A stretch of DNA of 63,685 nucleotides, filler included, from Phoronis australis (taxonomy: Eukaryota; Animalia; Phoronida): the NCBI GenBank assembly GCA_002633005.1. It is 8 parts of 8 records of this genome, joined end to end, with 100 filler letters (N's around TTAATTAATTAA, not from the genome) between each part and the next. Parts side by side here need not be neighbours in the genome. Positions count along the whole stretch, not along the records: positions 38,025 to 41,028 come from NMRA01000467.1; positions 41,129 to 48,693 come from NMRA01001145.1; positions 48,794 to 55,835 come from NMRA01002080.1; 5 more parts are not named here. One strand, given 5' to 3'. Every line of letters begins with the position of its first letter. Positions within the stretch are counted from its first letter, which is position 1. Shown here one piece after another: positions 39,252 to 50,717 of this stretch. The translations under genes and the position numbers were made by a program. The notes under the pieces were generated by a model. That model ran no database searches. It was not told the DNA's origin and saw nothing but the letters and a program-made list of their open reading frames with translations.

Positions 39252-39748
39252 GGGCCTTTCATACTAACATCAACGCGTCGAAGTTTTTGGGAGTTAATGT
39301 CAGTATGAACGCTTAAACTTTGGTCCTGGAAGGAAGTTAACAGCGCCAGTTAACTTCGCACTAAACAGGTGGATTTAATTGCTTAGCGTCAACGCTGCCA
39401 CGCAGTAAAAACTATCAACTTCAGTCCTATCAAAGTTATTGCCAGGGGCCATTGTTATCATTAACAATTGCATAGTAGTGTGATAGCTAATAGTTGCTTA
39501 TACCTTGCTCTAATAATCACCAATCAATTTAAAAATAAGTTTTATGTCAATTAACACATGTAAATGTTCCCAAGTTGTCACATCTTAGCGTGCAGTGCTA
39601 CTTTGCGATACCTTCGATCACGACAGCGTCACCTACTGTTTACTTCGAAGTTCATTAACAACCGAAGCCAGAATGAACGGTCCAGTTAACTTCGCAGTAT
39701 ATGCCCATGCTCCGCTCAGACAAGAGTTAAGTCAATGTGAAAGGGCCC
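39252..39748. mobile_element. Putative TIR element (Harbinger-like MITE)
   Basis: Imperfect TIR GGGCC-TTTCATACTAAC / GTCAATGTGAAAGGGCCC, TA flanks, internal GTTAACTTCG repeats. Confidence 0.45.
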
Positions 39749-40845
39749 TATGATAGACCACAAGCCACTTAATCTTCTTTAGCTTCACAGGCAAATAATC
39801 CATGTTTTGTGACTACAGACGCGCGTTTCTGAGCTCAGATAACTGAATTCATAGGTTCATGAGCTGCAGTTCGTAAGTGCGTACATTGCATTGTCTGGGT
39901 AGCCTTCCTTATCCAACGATTGTTGACGGCACACTCTGCAATAAAGACAACAAATTTTAATAACAGACGGGTAAAAGCTATCAGTATAAGACAACTTAAC
40001 TTGCTGGATATTTATCATGCTGTTTATACAACACTGATTTGTAAAACTTCCTGACTTATATACAGAGCCTAGAATAGTCTTCAAACTCAAAATTTAACCA
40101 ATTACTCTCCAGGATTCAAGTGCAAGACTAGTCTGCAAGTTTACTTCAAGCATTCACTGCAGTGGGTCAGTTTTCCACATACTGTTTTGAATGAAGTTTT
40201 AATCCCGGATTCGCGACATTCAAAACAATTTTATTCTATACAACTTGAATACAAAACATGCACACGGTCACCTATCATGCTATCACAATCTAGAACAAAC
40301 CGTGCATATGACAAAACTTAATGTGTTAATAAAAGTTGGACTTCAGGCTAACCAGGTATCGTATTCTGTAGCTTTTTAGCTCAAGTTCTATGACAAATTA
40401 ATTAGTATTCTTATCAAATAATGAAACTGTTGGCAACTGCAATAAACTACAATTCCCATTATTTTTAAAAACTTTTCATTGTTTAATTCGTTTATCTGAT
40501 AAGAAAATGCACAACTCAATTGGAGCAGAGCTAGTTGTATTCTAACTAGCTGTCTCCAGCCAGCATAGAACTTCTCACTAATGTTTCATGGACATTTAGC
40601 CGGCACAACCAGGGTTAGAACTGAAAGTTTAATCTGACATGTATACTTCGGCGCGTACTTTTTGAAACTTATAGCAAAACCAAGAAGCTTTACATTGACT
40701 TGACCAAATGGCTTATTGAATCATTGAGCTTGTTAAAGATTATAAGCCCATTGGCTAAACTAAGGACATATTTCATATTGTTTCAAATTCAAACCCTGAT
40801 AGCAGCACTATTTTTAGCTCAACAATGAAACATATGGAGCTCTAC

Positions 40846-40950
40846 CTGCCATGTCGATGTAAACAGCCCAATACCACCCCTGGGTGATTGTTTCGATGCA
40901 AATGTTTGGATGTCTAGTTCTTCCAAGTACTCCGTCAAGTTAATAGAGAC
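40846..40950 (-). CDS. Candidate isolated coding exon of an unidentified gene
   Basis: CTAAT branch-like site + TTGTTTTCAG acceptor, CAG/GTAGAG donor, 105 bp, only frame 0 open: VSINLTEYLEELDIQTFASKQSPRGGIGLFTSTWQ. Confidence 0.4.
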
Positions 40951-41028
40951 CTGAAAACAATGAGATATTAGCAAACATAACAGTATGTGATAGCTTCTTA
41001 AGATTCCAGACATAACCCATTCACAGGG

Positions 41029-41128
41029 NNNNNNNNNNNNNNNNNNNNNNNNNNNNNNNNNNNNNNNNNNNNTTAATTAATTAANNNNNNNNNNNNNNNN
41101 NNNNNNNNNNNNNNNNNNNNNNNNNNNN
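41029..41128. other. Artificial contig linker
   Basis: N44-TTAATTAATTAA-N44. Confidence 0.97.
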
Positions 41129-41147
41129 CACACAACAGGAATCAGTA

Positions 41148-41450
41148 CCGTATTCACCCTAATAAGATCCCATGCCCCTATAAGAGCCCCCCCTACGATT
41201 ATCAGACTTCACTGAAACAAGGGCCCAGCCCATCAATGTGTACATGCAAAAAGTCTTACCTAGTTCTAAAATTTTACAGTAACCCCTCAATTTATCAATA
41301 AGAACTGGCAGTCCTGGAAAAATCACTGAGCATAGAAATTCTAAACCACCAGCCTTGCTGCCATGTCGGTATTTAGCCGTGACTATACACTTCAAACATC
41401 TGCCTCGCAATGCCTTACCTGTAAGACAGTGTTTTTCTAAAATTTTAACC
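41148..41450. mobile_element. One end of a Tc2-like element related to 10947-11851
   Basis: TA-CCGTATTCACCCTAATAAG..CATGCCCCTATAAG; similarity extends ~300 bp; the other TIR was not found. Confidence 0.7.
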
Positions 41451-42879
41451 ATTCATCATCTTCTGTTATAAATTATTTCAACAACATTTTGTTTTGACAG
41501 TCATAAACTTGAGTGCACTATTCCCACCTCAGTGCTTTGTGTGTAACTTTTCGATAAGCTCTCCCAGTCTTTTTACATGAACAGTCACTGCACGAAAAAA
41601 CGCCTTTCGTCAACATTTTCAGGCTATCAAAATGTGTACGAAAGTTGAGCCCGTATCTGTTGACCTCTTTTGTAATTCGAAAGATCTACTTTAAATTTTT
41701 TGGAACACAAAATGTCGTATTTTGTACCTTTTTACTAGAGAAAAGCTCAACTTTCATCTTTTTTCATCTTCTTCACGAACAAAAGTTCATACCATCACTT
41801 TTTGTAAGCTTTTAGACTTTCAAAATACCAAGCTGCCTGGTATAAAAAGGTGATAAAATGTGAACTGTTATTTCTTTTGACGTAAGATAGCTTATTCAGC
41901 AACATTTAATATGAGCCTGTTGTAGTGTAAAAAACCCACTCACCAACTTCACTTTTCCAGAAATAAATGTCAATGGCTACATGTTGTGCAGCATTTTGAC
42001 TTTCAAACAAAGTTTTTGTAATTAACCTTTCGAATATAATAGCAGTTTTGAAGCATCCTATTCTTAAAACATCTGGTTTATAATGTCGAATGTTTCAACG
42101 TTTGCAAGCAGACAACTCATTCCACGTAAGTACACTTTATTCTTACTGCACAATGCTCATTTTTATTTGAGGTCGAAATAAAAAATTTCTTGGTTGAATA
42201 TCTTGATTCAATATCTTGCAGTTATACAAATCTGGAAGCATATTGTGTTGAATTTTATTGTGAAGGCTAGTCATGTGCAATGACCAAATATCCAAATAAT
42301 ATGATCTTTATTCAAACCCATAACAATACCTAGCATGCACATGTTAAACGCCATACAGGATTCACTACGTATCTCCTAGTATCTCTAAAATGAATTTTCA
42401 CTGGAGACTGCCACTCAGAAATTTACAAATTTTTAAGTCTTGGAAATTAACAAAATGATTCATATTAGGTTAACACTGACACGTTTTAACTGTACCTTAA
42501 AAGTAACAATAAGTACTTGACAAAAATACCAACGGTACCACTTGTTGGGATTTTCAGCAAATATATCTCTCCAGGATCTGAATAACTGTCCGCTCTTTCG
42601 TTAAGCGCTAATGCGATAACTGCCGCCTAAAAGCATCATTTCCCACAACACAACTATGTTTAAATGGGTGTCTTCGCACAATAATAAGTTACTTGGTCAG
42701 TTATCAGAGTACTTGCGGTAATACGCGATAGGTGAAAACTGACGAGCTGAGTCTGTTTATTTAATACTGGATCGTCGTATGTCAACTTGGAATAGCTGCG
42801 TGGTTGCTTACGAAATCCCCCGAATTACTTATTACGCTACATACCTTACCCTTGGACAAATTACAATGGAATCCTTCCC

Positions 42880-45798
42880 TAAGACGGAATCACGTGCAAA
42901 TACAAATTTGCTTTTTATTCTGTGTACAGGAATTAACATTGATGGACCTTCTCGAACAAAAATTATTGCACCAAACCTCGACAGGTTTCCCATAGTAAAA
43001 CCTGATGTTTTCTGGTAAGCTTTTGTACCACCTCACCTTCGCCAGAAAATGACTTTTAACTTCACCTTTCAAAATAACAGAATGTTGCAAAAATCGTATA
43101 ATCTGGCCAGGACAAGGGGTAAATTCATAACCGTCATAACTTAGTCCACCAGACTGGTCACACCCATGAGTTACAATGTATGATGACCTAATACTATGGC
43201 CCGACTTGGACCCTAAAACAGAACCATTAATGTAGACTTCATTACAGAAATTAACTGACGTGCATAATTCTAATCCTTCGTCACCATACAAAAAGAGTAC
43301 AACCCTTTCAACTTACTCAGATCAGAATTCTCTTAAACACCTGGTTTCACTTTTTTAACAAATATACTACTGCTTCCAGACCAGTCTACGGATGTGACAA
43401 GAGTTCTGGCTGATGCCATTTTTACAATTTCGAAACTTGGCATTCGTTTTGTATAATCACACAGCGTAGCTCGACTTTTACTGAACTTATACTTAGACAA
43501 CTCATTAAAACAGGCTTTTAAACTTTCATCTTGAATGACATCAGAATATATATGTGTCTCCCGAACCAAACTTTCAGTTAAAAACTTTCATTATTTGTGA
43601 TTTGATTCTCTTTTTGTTAGTGGAATATGACCCCAGAATACCATTTTCTCTTTCAAAGCTGAACAGCCAGAATGAATATACTGGTCCGAATTCACGCACG
43701 CAGTCTGCAAGATGACAATGCAAATGCATGTTAGGGGTAACAAATTCTATTCCAAACAAAATTTCAAATTTCTTACAAAATTCAACTAGCAAAAGATCAG
43801 TAACAGTTATGTCAGTTGTTGAAATTGTTCTACAACAAAGTCTTCTACATGCTAGAACAAATTTTCGCCAACACTCTAAATGGTCTTCAGGAATTATACC
43901 TTTTAAGCAGTAAAGTGAATATAACAATGTCCAGCTTTTCCACTGATCAGCATTAAATGACCCATGACATGTACTAAACTTGTGGGGCAATTTTCCAACA
44001 TCAGATGGACATTTTATTCTTTCTATTCTCTCTTCAATAATTAATAAATCGTCCTCTGTTATCACTTTTTTCATTTTCCATAGGTTAATTATTAGTTTGG
44101 CAGTCCCAAGAAACAAGTTGTGCATTGGATCAATGGGTGTCATACGAATGGGATCAAAATAATCTAAGTCCATAAGACAAGAAATCCTAAAGCCATGAAT
44201 TCTTTCTAAGTTTTCTTTTTCACCTTTTGTTGAACATCTAGAAAGTTGAGCACATATGTTTCGATGTGTTTCAACTGACCTTGGAGGCCACAAATTTCTA
44301 TCAAATCCTTCGAAAATTTTTTCCCCAATTGCACCAGGAAATTTTTTGGTACACTTATTACAACCCAAGTTGGCCATGTGGCCCAAAAATCCACACAACT
44401 TCCTGCTAGCAGGCACGTCACAGTCTACACACAAAAGAGCCAACCTAAACTTTTTAAAATTGTTCTTAGACTTAAATGATTTGAGCATAAAACCCTCGAC
44501 CCATGCATTATTCAACTCAGTTACTAGCAGTTGTAAAAATGTGTTTATGGGGGGTTCCTTATTCATGTCGGGAATAATTCCAACCAAAATTACATTCTCT
44601 CTTTTAAATCTGTCTTCCCGAGGCAAGTTTAAAAAACTAAATAAATAGCCCCAACAGAATAACTGGTGTGCTTAAAAGGTTGGAACCAGTCACAATTTAA
44701 CATGAGTCCATAGTTACCTTCAGCACCAAAAAATCATACTTTCTACCATTGAATTCTTTCCAAATATTACCATCATATACATCATCCATTACATCACTTA
44801 CTAATTCTCTTGTTCTCCACTGTTCACATTTTTCCTCAAAATCATTACGATTGACTAGTTTGAAGTGATGACTGTAAACTGTTATAGCAGTAAATTTTGA
44901 AAGGTACAAAATTTGCAGCGCTTGATTGACTTACGTATGTTTTTTAGTAAAGGTTCCCCACAGCGTCTTCACATATACTCAAGTCTGTGATGTGGAAAAC
45001 TTCTATGATCACAAAGTTTTGATTGTTTTGTTCCTTCACGATTTATGAGACAGCTGCTAAATTTATGTAAGGAAAAACATTTTTACATACAACATACTTT
45101 TCAAACTCTACTTCATGGTTATCAATGAACCTTGATAGAGCATATACATTTTTAGGGAAAATGGTACCAATACCTTTCACAAATACAGAGAATCTACCCA
45201 AGAAATGAAATATGGTCAATAATATTTTAAGCAAAGATTCGAGAGCTGCATCTGATATGAAATATATGGACTGCCACAGAGTAAGTACAACACATCAAAA
45301 CTTTGAGACGGAAACCTGAGAATTATAAGTAGGCTCTATCTCTTGAAGTTCTAAACTTTCAGAATAATCTAAATTTTAGTCAGAATCATAATCATCACTC
45401 TCAGAATAATCTTCTCTTAAAGTATAATTGTCACCATGATCAAACACAGTGCTGAAGCTTTCGTTACGTTTCCTATATTTTCGTCTGAGAACGTAACTTT
45501 CATAATCATTATCCTCTTGATCAGAAAATATGTTATCAGAAAAAAAGATATTCATGGGGATTACTTTCTACACTACCTTCATGTTCGGAAAAAAATTTCA
45601 TCATCACTAGGATTCAGGTTTGTGATATCTTCCTGAACATTAAACACATTACTGCGTTTAGCAGTACTGTGCACTTCACTATAAGTATTTACTCGGTTAA
45701 ATCTCGTGTTCATGTCGCAACAAATACCTCAGTGAAAACTCCAAATGGCAATTGCTACACACTTTGCGTTTTCGTCGTACTTTAGCTGCAGTCGCCAT
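42880..45798 (-). mobile_element. EnSpm/CACTA (CMC superfamily) transposase gene, frameshifted
   Basis: Joined frames give DDVYDGNIW, GLMLNCDWFQPFK, LNLPREDRFKRENVILVGIIP, CDVPASRKLCGF..GCNKC, IDPMHNLFLG, TPNMHLHCHL..FGPVYSFWLFSFERENGILG, HFLAKVRWY; candidate ATG at 45798. Confidence 0.88.
43574..44626 (-). pseudogene. Largest open piece (350 aa) of the EnSpm/CACTA transposase catalytic region
   Basis: Transposase_21/DUF4218-like motifs; bounded by frameshifts on both sides. Confidence 0.85.
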
Positions 45799-46039
45799 AG
45801 CTATTAACTGATAAGAAACTGTTGGTTGTGCTTTGGAGTAGACACATCTTTCTGCTCTAAGGTTCCTTTTCAAATCTTGCTAGTTACAAGTTTCACTACA
45901 AAATGAACATTCATCAGTTAGTTGGAAGTACCACAGCGACTGTTAAAATTTCCAAGTTAATTTACGCTTCAACTCCTATTATACCCCTTGTGAATTTAAT
46001 TGTGTACATCGTTCATGCAAGGCAAATTCACAGAATGAA

Positions 46040-46410
46040 CATACGTGGTTGGAAGATCATTTCACATGGAAATCACTTCTCCAAGGTAAGAAGGCATAAT
46101 TATAAAATGAACAGAATAAAGAATCGTCCCACCTGTTTACCTGGTGGGAAGATTATTTCACAGGGAAATCACTTCTCCAAGGTAAACAGGCTGGAACAAA
46201 TAAATTAAGGAAAAAATCACAGAATGAAGCATCACCTTACCCATTAACCTGGTCGGAAATCATTTCTCCAAGGTGGAGAGGCAAGAAATTTTAGGAATAA
46301 ACATTCACACTGCCAATATACCTGGTCGGAAGATCACTTCACATGGAAACCACTTCTCCAAGGCATGGACAATCATACCTGGTTGGAAGATCATTTCACA
46401 CAGACATCAT
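46040..46410. repeat. Five dispersed copies of a ~43-bp motif CCTGGTYGGAAGATCATTTCACATGGAAATCACTTCTCCAAGG
   Basis: Copies near 46046, 46140, 46248 (internally deleted), 46321 and 46378 (truncated), separated by non-identical spacers. Confidence 0.75.
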
Positions 46411-47208
46411 AAAAAGACAAGATGACAAATCACCTAAAGTTTAACAGCGAAGAATCGCAACCACTTGTTATGGGCAAGTACCAAAAATTAAGAAAAATTA
46501 AGCAGTTTTTATCAAAAAAATATGGGTAAGTACCAAAAATTAAGCAGTTTTTATAAAAAAACTTATTTGCCAACCCTTTTGACATTTGTATGTATTACCC
46601 AACTTTTTTAATAGCTTCCAATCTTCGCTTCAGAACTGTGTACTCCATGAACTGAATATATAATGGATCACAATGGTAATTCACTTTTTTCTGAACACTC
46701 GTGTATAACGGCGTGCTTTCGTTATCAGACTGGGACGAAGAGGTAGCTGATGATGTGTCAGATGTCGAAGAGTTATCCGCACACAAAGAAAATGCACAGT
46801 TGCACCTGTGGATTTTTTGTCTCTTCTTCGCTCTTTTTTTTGATTGGCTAATCCTCTATATTTTAGCATATTTTCTTTCTAGTGCCAACCCATGGTACAT
46901 GCCTGAAATAAAATATTCAGTTTAATCCAGAACCACACAGTAGGGCTGTTTCTGTTGCATACACTTTGTCCAAACCAAAACTTTCAAGATATAATATTTT
47001 GCATCAAATAGCAACAAATGAGAAAATGAGACAAATTCATTGTTTTAGGTATGATGTTTTTAACTAGAGAAAATCAATAAAAACATCACATCAACTGTTG
47101 CTTTTTGATGAAACTGATGTTAGTTCTTGCAATGCTTACTCAGACGGATTACTGTCTACGAATGACATAGGTAAAAGCGTTCACGAACAGAATGCAGTTG
47201 TGCTAATG

Positions 47209-47352
47209 CATGGGCGGCGGAGCTCGGAAAAAAGTGGGGAGAGGGCTAAAGCCCCTGTCCTCCTGTGGTGCGCCGCCTATAGACCATGGGCGGCGCAGCA
47301 CTGAAAAAGTGGGGGCTATAGCCCCCCAGCTCCCTACGATGCGCCGCCCACG
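47209..47352. mobile_element. Tandem dimer of micro-MITEs, inverted relative of 23653-23797
   Basis: CATGGGCGGCG ends; GGGGGCTATAGCCCC core. Confidence 0.55.
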
Positions 47353-48162
47353 TTAAATGATGACTGTTAACATACATGTAGGTTTGTTTACATGTGAAAT
47401 TGGGGGCAAGTCAACACTCAATTATGCGACCAGATTCCCCCTCCAAAGTTGCCAATCTCAATTTGAGTTCCTCAGCAGCGCTGCATTTTTGTCAATTTAT
47501 ATGAAGTTACAACTCATTTAAAATTGAGCAAGTTGAGCCATCATGACAGTCCTTACCCTATGAGGTCCCTGATAGGTTTTTCATCAATCACTGGAAGGCA
47601 TAGAACCTGAAAATTGATAAAAAGAAGTTACAAGTATGTTTCATAACTCACATTCATTATCATGATATCCAACTTGATAGAAATGTGAAGAGAAAGTGTG
47701 GATTTCCAATAACAAAACAGGGTCAAAGAACCCTGGCAGAGTTTGAGCACCTATAAAGATTCTCCGATAAGAGATGTGAGTAGGGATGAGCTGCCAGCTA
47801 CAAACTGGGATCAGTGGCGAGGCTATTTTGCCCTCTGAGGTATTGAATTGGTTGGGTAATTAATGATTTAGGCACCATCACATGCTTTCAGTTACTGTAG
47901 CAGGTCTATTTATGAGGTTTTTACTGGAGAAAGTTCACTTGGTGTTTTCTAACAATACGTTGCATCCAATTAGTTTCTGAAATTTAACTCCTCAGTAGCT
48001 CACCTCCCTATCCATTACCTAGAGGAAAACTCTAAAAGTGGGCACAATAAATTTACTTGTGAGATACTATTGAGCTGTGACAGCAGCTAATCTTGAACTT
48101 TAGTGCTTATAATCGGTTCGTATAATATTCATGCACTCACAGAGATTTAGCAGGTATTGCTT

Positions 48163-48693
48163 CAGTGGCGGATCTAGGATATCGCAAGGGGGGGGCCAAC
48201 ATTTTGTCCGGCTGTAAGCATTTGCGCAAACCACAATTGTAGATGCGCGTAGCACCGAATGGGGGGAGGTTGGGAGGGGGGTTTGCCACGCCTTAACTAC
48301 TGATCATATACTAAGAGACCTACTTGCATAAGTTATGGTCCACAGCGTTTGCGCGCGAAACCTACTTCATTTTGTAATGCTTATTACACGTTTTATATTT
48401 TGTGCAATCGGTTCCTAACAAATTTGTTGTATTTAAAATAGTCTTCAAATGCCCAAAAGACCAAATCCGTTTTTCGTGTTGGCAATAATGACGAGATTGC
48501 TTTGGAAATCGTCTTAAGTTAAGGTTTGACAAAGAGAGAATTATGAGTTTCTGAGTGATTCACTAAGGCTTCGATTAAAATTCACATCTTACCAGCAGCT
48601 TCTGTTTTTTCATCGTCACTCAGGTTCCATTTTCTTTAAAAAATGAAGTAAATTTTCTTCATTGCACAGTGGAGCAGACGACGGAAACGGAGT
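48163..48693. mobile_element. Second copy of the hAT-like element at 27509-28491, cut by the contig end
   Basis: CAGTGGCGGATCTAGGATATC start; long near-identical blocks. Confidence 0.75.
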
Positions 48694-48793
48694 NNNNNNN
48701 NNNNNNNNNNNNNNNNNNNNNNNNNNNNNNNNNNNNNTTAATTAATTAANNNNNNNNNNNNNNNNNNNNNNNNNNNNNNNNNNNNNNNNNNNN
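48694..48793. other. Artificial contig linker
   Basis: N44-TTAATTAATTAA-N44. Confidence 0.97.
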
Positions 48794-50717
48794 TGTCCGG
48801 CTGTGTAAAAGTTTCCCCAATCGCAGAGGCAACTGTAGGCTCACTTGAATCATTAAAATCAGACAGTCTGATGTCTTCTAAGTGGCCATTTCCAACGGAT
48901 TCACTTTCGGATTTCACGACTTTCTCCGCACTGTCAGCATTGTCAGTGAACTCAGCAATACCTGACGAGTGGATGACGTCCGGTCGAACATCTTCAACGT
49001 TGCCTGGTTTGTTTCTACCTTCCAGTTTGGCGACATCTCTACCTCCAGTACATGCGGAGCTACGGCGGATGGTTTCTGAAGCACCCATTTTAATAGAAAA
49101 AAACGTTGCACCGTAAGGCAACCCATGTACGTCACACGGTTTGTCGTAGTCGGCAGGAATATCTTCAATATTTCGTATTTCGATACAACTTTCTTCCTCG
49201 GGGGTAATAACAGGAATTTGGCGTGCCAGTAACTCCTGCAGATCCGTCTTTTTATAAACATTCTCTTTCCCCAATTCATCCTTTTCTGTGGAAATTTGGT
49301 AAACTTCTTCAGAAACTGTAGACCCGGTCGACTTGGTGACGTCTTCAGAGTGATGACCTTCAATACTTTTGCTTTTTAATTCATTCAGGATTTTCTCCAT
49401 GGCATCAGCCGCATCAACGATATCTGACGGTTGGATAACTACCTGTCTAACATCGTCAGTGTCGCCTATTTTTTTACTACCATTCAATTTCAGGGCTTCC
49501 CTCTCTCCATCATCAGGGTCACCAACAGGCTTTTTCTCTACATTTGTTATATCCTTTGTGTCGTGGACTTTTATCTTCTCCATCTCATCTTTCTTTGTGC
49601 AAGTGGGGTATACTTCCTCCGAAACTACAGACTCACCTGACTCAATGACATTTGACGGTGGGCCATTTTCGAAGTGGTCGTTTTCAACAAATTTGTTTTT
49701 GGATTTCATGACCTTCTCTGTACCATGGGCATCATAAGGGAAACAAATGACACCTGGCGGTTGAATGACTTCCTGTCGAACATCTTCAACCTCACCTGGT
49801 TTGATTCTACCATCGAATTTCGGGATTTTTCCCCCTCCATCATCAGTGTTACGGATTTGTTCTTTCGTTAAATTTTGCATGTCCGTCTTTTGATGGTCAT
49901 TAGTCTTCCCCATAACACCTTTCTTTGTGGAAATGAGGTACACTTCCTCCGAAACTGTAGACTCAGTTGTATTAGTGAAATCGGACAGTGTGGCATCTCT
50001 TGAATGGTCATTTTGAAAGGTTTTGATTTCGGATTTCATGGCTTTTTCCTTACGTAGCCTTAAAACACTATTATCGTGATCAGTGAACCCAGTGATACCT
50101 GACGGTTGAATGGCTTGAACATCTTCAACGTCGCCTGGTTTGTTTCTACCGTTCAACTGTACGACTTCTCTCCCTTTAGCATCAGGGTCATGATTTTGAT
50201 CCTTCTGTATATTTGTTGGATCTGTATATTCATGGACATTCTGTTTTACCTTCACGTCGTCCTCTGAAATGCGGGAAACATCTTCTGAAGTGTTTCTTTC
50301 ACATTTGTAGATGGTTGTCGAGTTTCCAATTTTGCACTCGACTTCACACTCGGTGACATTCCCAGCGAGGTCCGTTGATTTGCTGACAGTGTTTGCCTTT
50401 TTGCGGCGTGATGCTATCACAAGAAGACTACACAAATCTATTACACACCTGACATAAGATTTCATTAATTTAGTGTCAACTTCTGCTTTCTGAACACTTT
50501 TGGACGCGTCAGATGCGTCTCCTGACCACTTGTCGTTCACTGCCGTGGTTCCAGAAGCGTCTTTGTTGTCAAAAGACAAAATGCACGGGGATCTCCACTT
50601 GACAGAGTAAACTTTCTCTGTCGTTCTCAGAACAACTTGCCAAATAAAGTCTATGAACCATGATATCGTAACTTTTATAAAGTCCCAATCGACTCTGTGA
50701 CCCATTCCTGGGTTCAT
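48794..50717 (-). CDS. Uncharacterised protein with four ~110-aa acidic, probably disordered repeats; 3' end truncated by the contig end
   Basis: More than 640 uninterrupted codons; likely ATG at 50717 (AAAATG context); repeats KLxGRxKPGxVEDVRxxVIQPSG..ESTVSEEVY. Confidence 0.75.

Noticed and set aside
46040-46410. CRISPR-like repeat-spacer appearance
   Set aside because: Repeats are degenerate and of unequal length, spacers vary widely, there are no cas genes and the context is eukaryotic
43728-49871. Plus-strand ORFs overlapping the EnSpm transposase and the repeat-protein ORF
   Set aside because: Antisense shadows of real minus-strand coding sequence
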